From Octopus vulgaris (taxonomy: Eukaryota), in NCBI GenBank assembly GCA_951406725.2, contig OX597818.1, forward strand, positions 32,674,001 through 32,738,000: a DNA stretch of 64,000 nucleotides. The letters run 5' to 3'. The first letter of the stretch is position 1. The number at the start of each line of letters is the position of its first letter. The notes below the pieces were generated by a model. That model saw nothing but the letters and a program-made list of their open reading frames with translations, was not told the origin of the DNA and made no database searches. A program made the translations under genes and the position numbers. Positions 27,770 to 41,038 of the stretch are shown here, one piece after another.

Positions 27770-28010
27770 AATTTATTTATTTAGTTTCAGCTCACAAGCT
27801 GTGGCCATGCTGGGGCACCGCCATTTGGTTTTGCTACATGATTTTACTTCACGAGTGCTTTTTAGCAATTTCCATTTGGTGCATGAGAGAGTTCGATGCA
27901 GCTGCCCTCATCTGCACCTCCTGCCGTGAAGTTGGTTCATCTGGGATACCTGACAAGAAGAGATCCAGTTTCATTTTAAAGACATCTGCGTCCACCCCAT
28001 GCATGTCTCT
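27770..28010 (-). mobile_element. 3' fragment of a CR1/L2-like LINE (same group as 24421)
   Basis: Minus strand gives RDMHGVDADVFKMKLDLFLSGIPDEPTSRQEVQMRAAASNSLMHQ, then GGCGGTGCCCCAGCATGGCCACAGCT..GCTGAAACT(AAAT)n. Confidence 0.78.
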
Positions 28011-28330
28011 TATATTGTATATATGAAAACATCATAAAATTAGGAAGCCTAGAAATTGTTGCGAATGAAGGGATTTAATCGAGCATTGTTCAAATATTTG
28101 GTTGCTATTTCTAGTAGAATAAGAGATTGCATAGAGACTTCCCTCATTTACTTGAATATCAGAGTTTTAGTAAGGTGGCAGATATATTACTTTTCATTTG
28201 ACAGCGTATATCTTGTCCAATACTGATAACAGTCGCTTGTTAAAATACTTAAATATAGTTTTAACCTTTATACGATCGCTTGATTGACTCGAAATAGCAG
28301 CTAGTCTCTCTCAAATCATATACTGCTCCT

Positions 28331-28566
28331 TTAACTCTTTAACCTTCAGATTAATCTGTAAAAAATATAATTCATATGTATTCACATGGTTTTGAATTAA
28401 TCATGCGTTATCTCATAGATATGAGATTTTGAGATTTTCTCGACATGAAAGTATATTTTTAGAATGACATTGTAGGTAGGTGTGAGAGGCCGAATCTGGC
28501 TAGTTTGAACTCGAAACAGGTAGAACCTTTAGGTTAGACATGTCCGGTTTAAATGCTAAATGGTTA
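28331..28566. mobile_element. Degenerate TTAA-type (piggyBac-like) MITE
   Basis: TTAA|CTCTTTAACCTT at the left and AATGCTAAATGG|TTAT at the right form an imperfect TIR/TTAA arrangement. Confidence 0.4.
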
Positions 28567-29461
28567 TATAAGGAAAGAATGAATTAAATAATAGCATCTT
28601 ACAAAGAGGAAATGCACAGGATGGTAATAAAAGAAATGCAGCTGATTAGGGCTCTGTTCAGTGAAGGCTGACCTGCGACCAGAAATAAAGATGTAAAAGA
28701 ACAACAAAAACAACAGCAAGAACAACAGCAAGAAGAAGAAGAACAATAACAACGATGTCAAAGCCGACGGTGACAACATTGGCATTTTTTAATTTAAGTT
28801 TCCGGTATCATTTAGGACTGAGGTGATCAGGTTTCCTTTATATATCCATCTGTATTTATAATATTTTTGCCAGGAGGAAAGTAAAGTCTTGGAGTCTAAT
28901 ATAACTTCTTGGTTAATAGCGGCGCAAAACTCTATTTAATTCCGGGTAGGTAGCTGTTCTTAAAATGATAAATGTAAAATGTACCGCATGACCTTTCAGC
29001 CTAACCTTCAACAACTCCGCGGGAGAGACGTCGAAATATTGATGAAGGAGGGCACTTAGTGTACAGGTAGCGTATAGCTATTCTGAGTCATACATCCTCT
29101 TTCGCCATTTTGGTAGATGCTTGAGTTTGGTTCGTCCTTATTCTTTCTACATTTTGTTCGACTCACGGCAGGGAGCTGTGTGAATTAATAAATGAAACGC
29201 AGGATTAATATTATGTCAGTAACAACATCGGCCCACCCAAACCTGAACAGCTACACTCCACCCATGCCACTTCCCATTGATGCCGGTTCCGTGATTGATG
29301 TTGGCAGGAATTGCTAATGTCTACGTTTGAGAGTAAGTCTCATTTGACAAGCTTAAACTACAATAAGAGCGCAGACAGACAAATCACATATTTATGCATA
29401 TACATACAACAACGAAACACACTCATACACACACACACACACACTGACACACACACACACT

Positions 29462-29534
<73 letters not shown>

Positions 29535-29630
29535 GCACGCATACTGAATTACGTACATGTGCGCATACATATATATCTGTACATATACGTACACATACGT
29601 ACACACGTGCATAGATACAAATGAGTATCA

Positions 29631-29661
<31 letters not shown>

Positions 29662-30344
29662 ATCTACGTGAGTATGTGTATAAACATCTATACAGAAACT
29701 GGCATACACACGCGCGCACGCTTGTGTATGTTCCTATACGTACAATGATACATACATACATATACACATACATACATACTTATATACATACATACATATA
29801 CACATACATACATACATACTTATATACATACATACATACATACATACATATACATACATACATACATTCATACATACATACATACATACATACTTATATA
29901 CATACATATACACATACATATACATACATACATACATGCATGCATGCATACATACATACATACATATATACATACATACATACATACATACATACAAACA
30001 TACATTCATGGAAGCTGGAGTTTATAAACGATGATTAATTGAAAAACAGCCAACCAAGATCAAGTTAAAAGTTGAAGCAACAACAATGGCACACATACAC
30101 ACAACCAAAGAATGGAAAATTATTGAGGCAGAAATTATAGGGAGAGTACCGCTACGTGTTCACACGAAATACTAGAAATAGCAGCGAAATATCTCTTGAT
30201 CTACGTTCTAGGTCCTATATAGCCCTAGTTAGAGACGCAAGGATCAAGAGAAAAGTAGAGCCGATATGGGTTCAAACAACAACAGCTCAACGGCTATAAT
30301 AACATTAAAAGGGATCAAGAACTCGAAATAAAAAATAAATAAAT

Positions 30345-30710
30345 AAACAAAAGCACTCAGAGAGCGCAAACCTCCCTCAAGGCAACACCAACGTCCTCTC
30401 AACGATTAACTCAGAGATGATTTTTAAAATGAGAATATCCGAAATAAACTCGACTGCTCTCAAAAGCGAGAATCCTAAAAATGAACATGGCCTCTCTCAA
30501 AAATTAAGTAAAAACACCGGAGACATAATCCAGCATCCTTGCCCGGTACCGGATCGATCCCCAAATCTAATCAGTTTGTGCCAGCCATGAGGCCAAACAT
30601 CCCTGAATGTTTCATCCGAATCCATCCAGTGGTTCTTGAGATATCTTGTCCACGGACAAAGAAACACGACTGAAAACAATACCTCCTCCTTCGCTAAGGC
30701 AGAAGTAATA
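30345..30710 (-). mobile_element. Helentron-associated non-autonomous element (HINE/DINE-like)
   Basis: Minus strand: TTATT-ACTTCTGCC subTIR with a nearby inverted copy GGAGGAGGT; at the 3' end GAGGGAGGT, then hairpin GCGCTC-tct-GAGTGC and a T-run. Confidence 0.7.
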
Positions 30711-30738
30711 AATATAGAAAAACCAATTAAAATGTAAA

Positions 30739-31130
30739 CAGGAGTGGCTGTGAGTTAAGTAGTTTGTTTACCAACCACATGGTTCCGGGTTCAGTCCCAC
30801 TGTGTAGCATCTTGGGCAAGTGTCTTCTACTATAGCCCCGGGCCGACCAATGCCTTGTGAGTGGATTTGGTAGACGGAAACTGAAAGAAGCCCGTCGTAT
30901 ACATGTATATATATGTATGTGTGTGTGTTTGTGTGTCTGCGTTTGTCCCCCTAGCATTGCTTGACAACCGATGCTGGTGTGTTTATGTCCCCGTCACTTA
31001 ACGGTTCGGCAAAAGAGACCGATAGAATAAGTACTGGGCTTACAAGGAATAAGTCCCGGGGTCGAGTTGCTCGATTTAAGGCGGTGCTCCAGCATGGCCG
31101 CAGTCAAAATGACTGAAACAAGTAAAAAAA
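30739..31130 (+). mobile_element. SINE family A
   Basis: Matches the family A consensus. Confidence 0.92.
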
Positions 31131-32136
31131 ATAAATAAATAAATAAAACTGCAGGCGTCGCAGTGTGTTAAGACGTTTACTTCACAATCACACGGCTCTA
31201 GGTGCAGTCACACTGCAAAGCACGAGGACGTAAACACACCAACACCAGTTTTCAAGTGGTGGTGGGAAAAACGTACACACATACACCTATATAGGCTTAA
31301 GGAAAAAAGGAAACAATGTGCATTGGGGTCGGTTCGTTCGGCTGAAATTCCCTCAAGACGATGCCCCAGCATGGCCGCAGTCTAATGACTGAAATAAGTA
31401 ATGGATAAAAGACTTAAGATAAGCAAAATCAATAATAACGATTTCTCTACTAATTTTTATATGGATAATTTCAAATTTAAGCAAACGATATCAATATCAT
31501 TTTATCGATCTCGAAAGGATGAAAACAGAATTGGCTTCGGTGGCATATGAACTCGGAACGCAAATATACGAAAGAAATTTTGTCCAATGCTCTAAAGGTC
31601 AATCCTCCACCCTTTCTATAACGGTTTCTAATTTTGACACAAGGCCAGCAATTTTGAGAGGAAAAGGTCGGCCGGTACTAATGACCCGAGTATGCGTCTG
31701 GAGTCGTCCGGTATCTTTATAGTATTTTAATTTATCGACCCGGAAAAGATTAAAAATGAATATGATATCGATGAAATTTAAACACAGATCAGTGACTGCT
31801 GGAAAAACGCTTTTTCCAATCAGTGAGCCTTGAAATAATTGGTCATAGAATAGGCATAAGGACTGGAATTCGATGTGAGGAAGTTAGTCGATTATCTTGA
31901 TTACAAAACCTAACAGAGTATTGTTATCGACTTCCAGAAAAAGGAAAAGTGAAGTTGATCTCTGAACGTAAAGACCCTGAACAAATACAGGATCTCTAAC
32001 GATTCTAACGACCCACCTCACTTCCAATAATTTCTTTTAATCTTGGCCAAAGGTCGTTTAGCTTATGTCTGCTCGATACCAAAATTACACAAAAATAAAC
32101 AGCAGCAACAACTATAATAATAAAAATCGTTTTATA

Positions 32137-33335
32137 TATTTCTTTACTACCCACAAGGGGCTAAACACAGAGGGGACAAACAAGGACAGACAAAGCGATT
32201 AAGTCGATTCCATCGACCCCAGTGCGTAACTGGTACTTAATTTATCGACCCCGCAAGGATGAAAGGCAAAGTCAACCTCGGCGGAATTTGAACTCAGAAC
32301 GTAGAGGCAGACGAAATACGGCTACGAATTTGGGGGCAGGGGGCTAGACGATTACATCGACCCCAGTATTTTACTGGTACTTAATTTATCGACCCCGAAA
32401 GGATGAAAGACAAAATCTACCTCGGCGTAATTTGAACTCAGATCGTAGCTGCAGACGAAATACCTATTTCTTTACTACCCACAAGGGGTTAAACACAGAA
32501 GGGACAAACAAGGACAGACAAAGCGATTAAGTCGATTCCATCGACCCCAGTGCGTAACTGGTACTTAATTTATCGACCCCGAAAGGATGAAAGGCAAAGT
32601 CAACCTCGGCGGAATTTGAACTCAGAACGTAGCAGCAGACGAAATACGGCTACGCATTTCGCCCGGCGTGCTACCGTTTCTGCCAGCTCGACGCCTTATA
32701 AAAATCCATTATACTTAAGGCAGAATGCCTGAAATTTTTTGGTGGGGATTGGACTAGTCGATTCCATAGACTCCAGTGTTCCACTGGTACTTAATTTATC
32801 ACCTGAAGAAAGGATAAAAGGCTAAGTCAACGTCGGAGGAATTTGAACTCAGAACATGAAAACACGGAATAACGCTAAGCATTTTGCCCGGTGTGTTAAC
32901 GATTTAGCCAACTCGCCTCCTTTACGACTGTAATAATAATCCTTTCTACTGAAGGCACAAGGCCTTGAAATTTGGGGGCAGGGGGCTAGACGATTACATC
33001 GACCCCAGTGTTTTACTGGTACTTAATTTATCGACCCCGAAAGGATGAGAGACAAAATCTACCTCGGCGTAATTTAAACTCAGATCGTAGCTGCAGACGA
33101 AATACCTATTTCTTTACTACCCACAAGGGGTTAAAACAGAAGGGATAAACAAGGACAGACAAACGGATTAAGTCGATTACATCGACCCCAGTGCGTAACT
33201 GGTACTTAATTTATCGACCCCGAAAGGATGAAAGGCAAAGTCGACCTCGGCTGAATTTGAACTCAGAACGTAACGGCAGACGAAATACCACTTAGCAATT
33301 GGCCTGGCGTGCTAACGATTCTGCCAGCTTACCAC
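32137..33335 (-). mobile_element. Head-to-tail multimer of family C (Nin/Deu-domain-like) SINE units
   Basis: About six iterations of CTGGTACTTAATTTATCGACCCCGAAAGGATGAAAGGCAAAGTC.ACCTCGGCGGAATTTGAACTCAGA. The reverse complement resembles the Deu/Nin domain (GCCTTTCATCCTTTCGGGGTCGATAAA..AGTACC). Confidence 0.85.
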
Positions 33336-33344
33336 TTTTACGAC

Positions 33345-33359
33345 TATAACAATAATAAT

Positions 33360-33457
<98 letters not shown>

Positions 33458-33508
33458 TAATAATAATAATAATAATAATAATTATTATTATTATTATTAT
33501 TATTATTA
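33345..33508 (+). repeat. (AAC)n/(AAT)n tract switching to (ATT)n
   Basis: Direct reading of the sequence. Confidence 0.95.
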
Positions 33509-33720
33509 TCCTTTCTACATAGGCACAAAGCCTGAAATTTCGGGGTAAGACTAGTCGATTACATTAACCCCAGTACTCAACTGGTATTTAATTTCTCGAC
33601 CCCGAAAGGATGAAGGGTAAAGTCGACATCGGCGGAATTTGAACTCAGAACGAAGCGGCAGACGAAATACTGTCAAGCATTTCGCCCGGCGTGCTAACAA
33701 TTCTACCAGCTCACTGCTTT
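33509..33720 (-). mobile_element. Family C SINE monomer
   Basis: Reverse complement of GAGCTGG.AGAA..GTTAGCACGCCGGGCGAAATGC. Confidence 0.85.
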
Positions 33721-33721
33721 C

Positions 33722-33788
<67 letters not shown>

Positions 33789-33858
33789 TAATAATAATAA
33801 TAATAATAAGGATAATAATAATAATCTGCAGCGTTAGAAGCTGCGCAAAGGCAACGAA

Positions 33859-33961
<103 letters not shown>

Positions 33962-34186
33962 GCAACAACCATTATAAGTAATATCGTGATAGAAAACAAT
34001 TTATATTTTACACACGCACAAGTACACATCCGTTGCATGCAACAGAAGCAGCATTGGATTAAAACAGCCATCTGTGCATCATAAAAAAAGCAAATATACA
34101 TATATGTTTGGTTCAACAAACAAGAGAGGTAGAAACCAATACATATGTATAGATATTTTAATGTTTTTAATCTGCAGAACCACAGA

Positions 34187-34239
34187 TAGTTACATTGTTT
34201 CAAGGGTCGAGAGCTTCGTCCATGACCCTTATCAAACTA
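34187..34239 (-). ncRNA. Degenerate hammerhead-like motif
   Basis: Minus strand reads TAGT-TTGATAA-GGGTC...GACCC-tt-GAAAC aat GTA-ACTA. Confidence 0.35.
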
Positions 34240-34854
34240 GTTGAGTCACGTGTGTAACGATCATATATATATATACACACAGGTATACACACAAATACAC
34301 AGACACATACACATATACACATCTACATCTTTTTCTCTTTATATATATCCATCAATCAATCAATCTATCTCTATATATACATACATATAGGGACAGAGAG
34401 AGGAAGAGAGAGAGAGAGAGAGAAAGAGAAAGAGAGAAAGTGATGAAGGAAAGAATATACTTTTGAACAGTATCTCAGCAAACAATAGTTCGTGCGGGCG
34501 TTGTATGTCAAGCGAGAACGGAGGAAACCGTGAAGAATGAGAGAAAATCACTAACACCTCAGGTTTTAATAAAATACTGACTTCCAAGTCTCAACAGTGG
34601 GAAAATTATAAATGAGGTGAGATAGATTTATTAAAAATAGAAGCATGACAAATGGAACATCGCTGATTTTGATTTATGGAGCAATTTAGCAAAGACTATT
34701 ACCAATATTTTCAGCTTCACCTTGCAAACGATATCATACAACTATTTCACATATTTTTGTTACTGTTTATCTTCTTTTTTTTTTAACTTGATCCACTGAT
34801 ATTACAGGAATGTGTCATGGTTTTCTTGAGAAGTTATTTTATTAAACGTATATA

Positions 34855-35012
34855 GGCGCAGGAGTGGCTGTATGGTAAGTAGCTTGTTTACCAACCACAT
34901 GGTTCTGGGTTCAGTCCCACTGCCTGGCACCTTGGGCAAGTGTCTTCTACTATAGCCTCGGGCCGACCACTTGTGAGTGGATTTGGTAGACGGAAACTGA
35001 AAGAAGCCCGTC

Positions 35013-35061
<49 letters not shown>

Positions 35062-35283
35062 TATCTGTATTTGTGTGTGTGTCCCTAGCATTGCTTGACA
35101 ACCGATGCTGGTGTGTTTATGTCCCCGTTACTTAGCGGTTCGGCAAAAGAGACCGATAGAATAAGTACTGGGCTTACAAAAGAATAAGTCCCGGGGTCGA
35201 GTTGCTCGATTAAAGGCGGTGCTCCAGCATGGCCGCAGTCAAATGACTGAAACAAGTAAAAGAGTAAAAAGAGAGTAAAGAGT
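34855..35283 (+). mobile_element. SINE family A (full length)
   Basis: Consensus match with an internal (TA)n tract. Confidence 0.93.
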
Positions 35284-35455
35284 ATATACCATTGGCTACG
35301 AAGTTAGGATGTGTTTATGCGACGATTTGATCTCAGTAATTTAAACTCGGCGGAGGTATATCTTTGTGGTTAAGCAGCTCGTATTACAAGCATGTGGTTT
35401 CGGGTTCAGCTCCTCTGCGTTGCAACTTGGGCGAGAGACTTCTATAGTTCGGGCC

Positions 35456-35688
35456 GCGAATTTTTTTACCCACGAGAGTTCCGGACCTCAGTAATGAACT
35501 CATTTGCACACAGCCAATCAGCGCTCACCTTGACTTTGTTGCCAAGGTTATGCCTGATTTTAGGAGACGAGTAATTCGATTTGCATCTATACCTATTATC
35601 GGATTTTGTTAGGGCCCGATATGGTAAAAGTGCGGATGGAAAAAATGTGGGAAGGGGATCCGGATCTCTTGTGGGGAAAAAAACTCGC
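35456..35688. mobile_element. TIR element (possibly Mutator-type MITE) nested in an old SINE A
   Basis: About 30-bp imperfect TIRs (GCGAATTTTTTTACCCACGAGAGTTCCGGA / TCCGGATCTCTTGTGGGGAAAAAAACTCGC) with a degenerate 9-bp TSD GTTCGGGCC/GTCCGAGCC. Confidence 0.6.
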
Positions 35689-35949
35689 GTCCGAGCCGCC
35701 CATGTGAGTGAATTTGGTAGGCGAAAACTGTATGGACGCGTACATACATACATACATACATACATACATACATACATACATACATACGTATATACATACA
35801 TACATGCATACATACACATACACATACATACGTTAGTACCAAAATCTTTGGTTGTCAGACCCTTATTCTTTTCTTCCATATTTTCTGATACCAGCATGTG
35901 AACAGGTGTGAGATTCTATGGGATTCTGCCTCTTTTATCGTATCATTCT

Positions 35950-36306
35950 TCATTTTAAAGACCTAGAATGTGCTTACGCATGCCCTGTTCTTGTCGAGCA
36001 AGAAATACATTCTTCACATATCGGTGAGGATTATCAGAGCTACTCTTTCGAGCGTTCGCTGTACAGATGTTTTTTTATGAATCTGTTTAGATTGGTTTTC
36101 CACCCAGTTGCAAAATTCTTCTTTGTTAATGCAGTCAGGGAGACGAAGTGGGCTTCTTCGTTTGTGAGAACAGCATCTGCAAGAACGTTGTGAGAAATAT
36201 TCTTAAAGTATGTCATAGAGTTTTCCCAGTCATATCAATGAAGTTCCTGAGCGACCATCATTTTTTATCGCTGGAAATTGAGATCATTGTATAGAATTCT
36301 TCTCAA
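35950..36306 (-). pseudogene. Degenerate Tc1/mariner-superfamily (rosa/DD41D-like) transposase fragment
   Basis: Minus strand gives LRRILYNDLNFQR*KMMVAQEL...VLTNEEAHF/LPDCINK, matching the HPYK..QEL and SDEAHF.L.G.VNK motifs. Contains stops and frameshifts. Confidence 0.7.
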
Positions 36307-36329
36307 CCCCAAAGCAGAAGCATACTCGT

Positions 36330-36465
36330 ATATACGACGGGCTTCTTTCAGTTTCCGTCTAACAAATCCACTCACAAACCTTTGGTCGGCTCGAGGCTAT
36401 AGTAGAAGACACTTTCCCAAGGTACTAGGCAGTGGGACCGAACCCGGAATCTACTTACCACACAG
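36330..36465 (-). mobile_element. SINE A 5' half
   Basis: Reverse complement of the family A head. Confidence 0.85.
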
Positions 36466-36612
36466 CATGAGAAGTCATATTATTTTTTCCTTTGCGAATA
36501 AAAAGTTTTAGATACGTCTGTTGAGAAATCAAATTTAATTATCCAACTCAGATTCCCATGTATGTATGTATGTATGTATGTATGTATGTATGTATGTATG
36601 TATGTATGTATG

Positions 36613-36643
<31 letters not shown>

Positions 36644-36764
36644 GGATGGATGGATGGATGTAGGCATGCGAGTAAATACGAAGGTGTGAGTACATATATG
36701 CATTATATAACAGCGGTTATTATATGTATCTAGATACTTATCCTGTGTGTGTATGTGCGGATGC

Positions 36765-36799
<35 letters not shown>

Positions 36800-37278
36800 T
36801 GTATGTATATATGCATGTATGTATACATGCCCGTATGTATATATGTATGTATGTATATATGCATGTATGTGTGTAAAAGCCAATTAAATCTGTGATGTAT
36901 TATTATAAACTAGAATATATGTACTCAGTAAAATTGTATGCTTTTTAGCACGTCATATACATGCATACATGTTGTTAATGTACGCTGAGTGGCGGTATGG
37001 TGCATAAGAGTCCCTGCGTACATGACAATTATTACACACACGCCCCCCTCCACACACACATATGCATATATGTGTACATATACACACATACATTTAAAAT
37101 ATATATATGTGTATACTTATATGGAAATCAAATGTAAAAATTTACATGCATATTTATAAGTATTTATAAATATACATAGTGTATATACATACATATATAT
37201 ATGTATATATATATACGTATATATATATATGTGTATTTATATATATATACATATATATACGCATATATATACATACAT

Positions 37279-37311
<33 letters not shown>

Positions 37312-37385
37312 AGTATATATATGCATGTATCTATCTATATATACATATATAGATAGATACATATATATACATATATACATACATT

Positions 37386-37440
<55 letters not shown>

Positions 37441-38269
37441 ATATGTAATACCTATTTCATAAGTATGTATATTCATAAATACAATTATATACATATAAAC
37501 GTAAACTAAACATAACATATATAGGTGTGTCTCTCGTCTAGTTGTATTTATGTCAGTGTATGTATACAGGAAGAAAAGGAAGAAAACGCAGTGGAAGTAT
37601 AGAAAACAACATCATTTCCACAAGAACCGTCAAAGTGTCTCTGTGAAACTGTCACCAATGTTTGACAGGCGCCAATATCTTTTAGCTGACGTCTGTTTAA
37701 GAGCAGAGCAGTGAAATGGCTTGGCTTAGCAACGAGTGTAGAAAAGTGTTCGAATAGATTTGTCAGTGACAATTGCAGTTCTGTGGCACCAGATATGACG
37801 GCAAGAGACAGCTTTTGAACGAAGGAAAAGGAAAAAAAAAAAAAAAAAAAAACACGGAGAAAACAGAGACAAGGTTATTTCAAACTGTGATAAAAACAAA
37901 AGCAAAATGACAACAAAAAAAACCAAAACAAAAACAAAAAGAGACGTCAGCATCTGTAAAAGTTAGTTTGATTTATATTTGTGTATATTTTTATATGCAA
38001 TTATACTTAATGCATGCATACGAAAAATACACACACAGATATACTTGTATTTACATAGTTAATCTTGTTTTATATAAACACGTGGTTTTTAACAAATACA
38101 ACATGCGCAGTAGCTTCACACTGCATACTTTCACACATGTCTTTTAATCCTTTCCGTTCGTATCTCCATCCATCTCTCCTTTTCTCACACGCATATGCAC
38201 ACATATGCTCACATATGTGTGCAGGGAGCCCCAAGTACATGCATAAATACATATATATGCATGTATGTG

Positions 38270-38300
<31 letters not shown>

Positions 38301-38423
38301 GCATATATAAAAATAAATAATATAGATATGTATGCATATATATATATGTATATATATGTATATATATGCATATATATATGTATATATATGTTTGTGTGTA
38401 TATATATATATGTATATATATAT

Positions 38424-38455
<32 letters not shown>

Positions 38456-38499
38456 CTATTTATATATGTATGTATATATATATATATGTATATATATAA

Positions 38500-38522
38500 G
38501 GGAACAAAGTGTACGTACGCCG

Positions 38523-38561
<39 letters not shown>

Positions 38562-39280
38562 TATGTAATATAAAATGGGACAAGAACGCAAATCATCCGG
38601 ACAGCTAGGTGATGCAAAAAGGGACAACAAAACATCCAGATAGACGATACAAAGAAAACAAGGACGGATCATTCGAAGCTTTCTATCCTCAGTCAAGAAC
38701 CGGATCATCCTCGCAAGTTCGACTGATTAATCTTTAGATTGCTCCAATCTGACCAGCTCCAAGGAAAAACTAAGCTAAGAGCATTAGATCTCTTAGAAGA
38801 AAGCATTGAATATATACGAAAGCAAGGACGGAAAAACGGACGTTGTTACACAAATATAGATACAAAATACAATAAAAATAATAATAATAATAACAGGACA
38901 TAACAGGTTTCTTTCGACTGGGGACGAACTGAATTCAGCTGGCGTGTGTGGAAATGAAGCCTTACGGCAGAGATACAAGTCTTTCAGAAACACAGGGAAG
39001 AATATCGATGTTACACTGACCATAGTTAGACGCAAAAAGAGGGCTAGTATCTGGCCTATCGGGCACGTGGGAAGAGAAGAGAGAGAAAAAGAGGAACAAA
39101 AGAATTAAGGAGGGGGAAGAGAAAATTAATCAGCCGAAATTGCGAGGATGATTCGGTTCTTGACTGAGGATAGAAAACTTCGAATGACCCGTCCTTGTTT
39201 TTTTTTTCTTGTATCTGGATGTTTTGTCCCTTTATGTATCACTTAGTTGTCCGGATGTTTTGCGTTCTTGTCCCATTTTG

Positions 39281-39285
<5 letters not shown>
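38500..39285 (-). mobile_element. Family H element with ~165-bp inverted terminal copies, (TA)n-flanked
   Basis: 38566-38731 is an imperfect reverse complement of 39125-39285. The interior is homologous to 6450-6910. Confidence 0.8.
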
Positions 39286-39330
<45 letters not shown>

Positions 39331-39337
39331 GTATATA

Positions 39338-39754
39338 GGCGCAGGAGTGGCTGTATGGTAAGTAGCTTGTTTACCAACCACATGGTTCCTGGTTTAGTCC
39401 CACTACGTGGCACCTTGGGCAGGTGTCTTCTACTATAGCCTCGGGCCGACCAAAGCCTTGTGAGTGGATTTGGTAGACGGAAACTGAAAGAAGCCCGTCG
39501 TATATATGTATATATATGTATGTGCGTGTATGTTTGTGTGTCTGTGTTTGTCCCCCTAGCATTGCTTGACAACAATGCTGGTGTGTTTATGTCCCCGTTA
39601 CTTAGCGGTTCGGCAAAAGAGACTGATAGAATAAGTACTGGGCTTACAAAAGAATAAGTCCCGGGGTCGAGATGCTCGATTAAAGGCGGTGCTCCAGCAT
39701 GGCCGCAGTCAAATGACTGAAACAAGTAAAGGAAAAGAGTAAAAGAGTAGAGAG
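39338..39754 (+). mobile_element. SINE family A (full length)
   Basis: Consensus match. Confidence 0.93.
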
Positions 39755-39805
39755 TATATATATAATTCATTTAATGTACGCTGTATTAAATAGGAACCTA
39801 CTTAC

Positions 39806-40038
39806 AGTTTCATTCCATTAAAGCATGTGGTTAGACAGGGTTTTATCTCGTCCCTTGTATTTCCAAGCAGTCCTCCGGATGTGAGCCCATGTTTCATTCA
39901 ATTTTAAAATCAGGACGCTGGCTTCTCATGTGCCAGCATTGTGATATTCAAACTATGTGCTCTAAACCTAAATATTGCTTGGAGGCATAAGGCACGATAT
40001 AAAACCCCGTCACGCACGCGTCTTAATGACAAGAAACT
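39806..40038. mobile_element. Old MITE with ~60-bp degenerate TIRs
   Basis: GACAGGGTTTTATCTCGTCCCTTGTATTTCCAAGCA versus the reverse complement of TGCTTGGAGGCATAAGGCACGATATAAAACCCCGTC. Confidence 0.55.
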
Positions 40039-41038
40039 AAACTATTTCCTATTTATACAATATATATTAAATATTTATATCTCACTGGATAAAATGATTT
40101 TTTTCTGTTGAGCTTTACATTAACGGAGCAGTAATTTCTGTGTGTCTGTGTACTTGTATGTGTGCTTGTGTGTGTGTATGTGTATGTATGCGTGTATTTG
40201 TGTGTGTGAATGTGTGTGTGTATGCGTTTATTTTAATGTGTATGTGTGTGTATCTGTATATAGGTTTGCATGAAACATTTTCAAGCGAAGAAAAGAGTAC
40301 TCAACCCATGTTGTAAAATTTAAGTTCATTTAAGTTGAACACTTTCTGCGCAACTTAAAATTCAGGTCACATCGATTGTCAGGCAAGAAATTATCTTACT
40401 CTGTGAATCAATTCTTTTATATCCATTGATATTTTTTTCTTTTCTCCATGCTATTTAATTCCATTGGTTAGTTTCCCATTCAGTTTTGTTTTGTTTTATT
40501 TTTCTATTCTGTTTACAAGCTGATTATCAACGAATCTTTATTTTAGTAGAACTTTCACACTTACAAGCTGCTATTTGACCCTTTGACGTGGACTGCTATT
40601 GGTGAATTTTAGATTGAACCTTTTCTCTTTGTCTATAAATTTTTATATATCTATTTCTATCATTCTGCCTTTATTTCTTTGTATTCTCTTCTTTTGTTAT
40701 ACTGATAAATTTTGAAAGGATTTAAAAAATCATTCACTATGTATACTTGATGTATGTTTGACATATCTACTTATAACACAAATCTATTTACATACTTGAT
40801 AGTTGATGTATTTAACCGTACGGCTATAAACAATGAAGAGCCAAATAATTATGAAATAACTGCATTTCTAGTATATGCACAAGACCAGAACTTTAAAGGA
40901 AACATATTAGACAAGATCATGAACGTACACTTGTATATCATAGACGGCCACACGCATACAAAATGCACCATATAGGTATGGCAACTGTTCTGGAAGCCGG
41001 TAGCATACGCATTGGTAAAGGTTTAGGGAGCATTAGAA

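Noticed and set aside
32137-33335. CRISPR-like regularly recurring motif
   Set aside because: The intervening sequences are themselves repeated SINE modules rather than unique spacers, the context is eukaryotic, and there are no cas genes.
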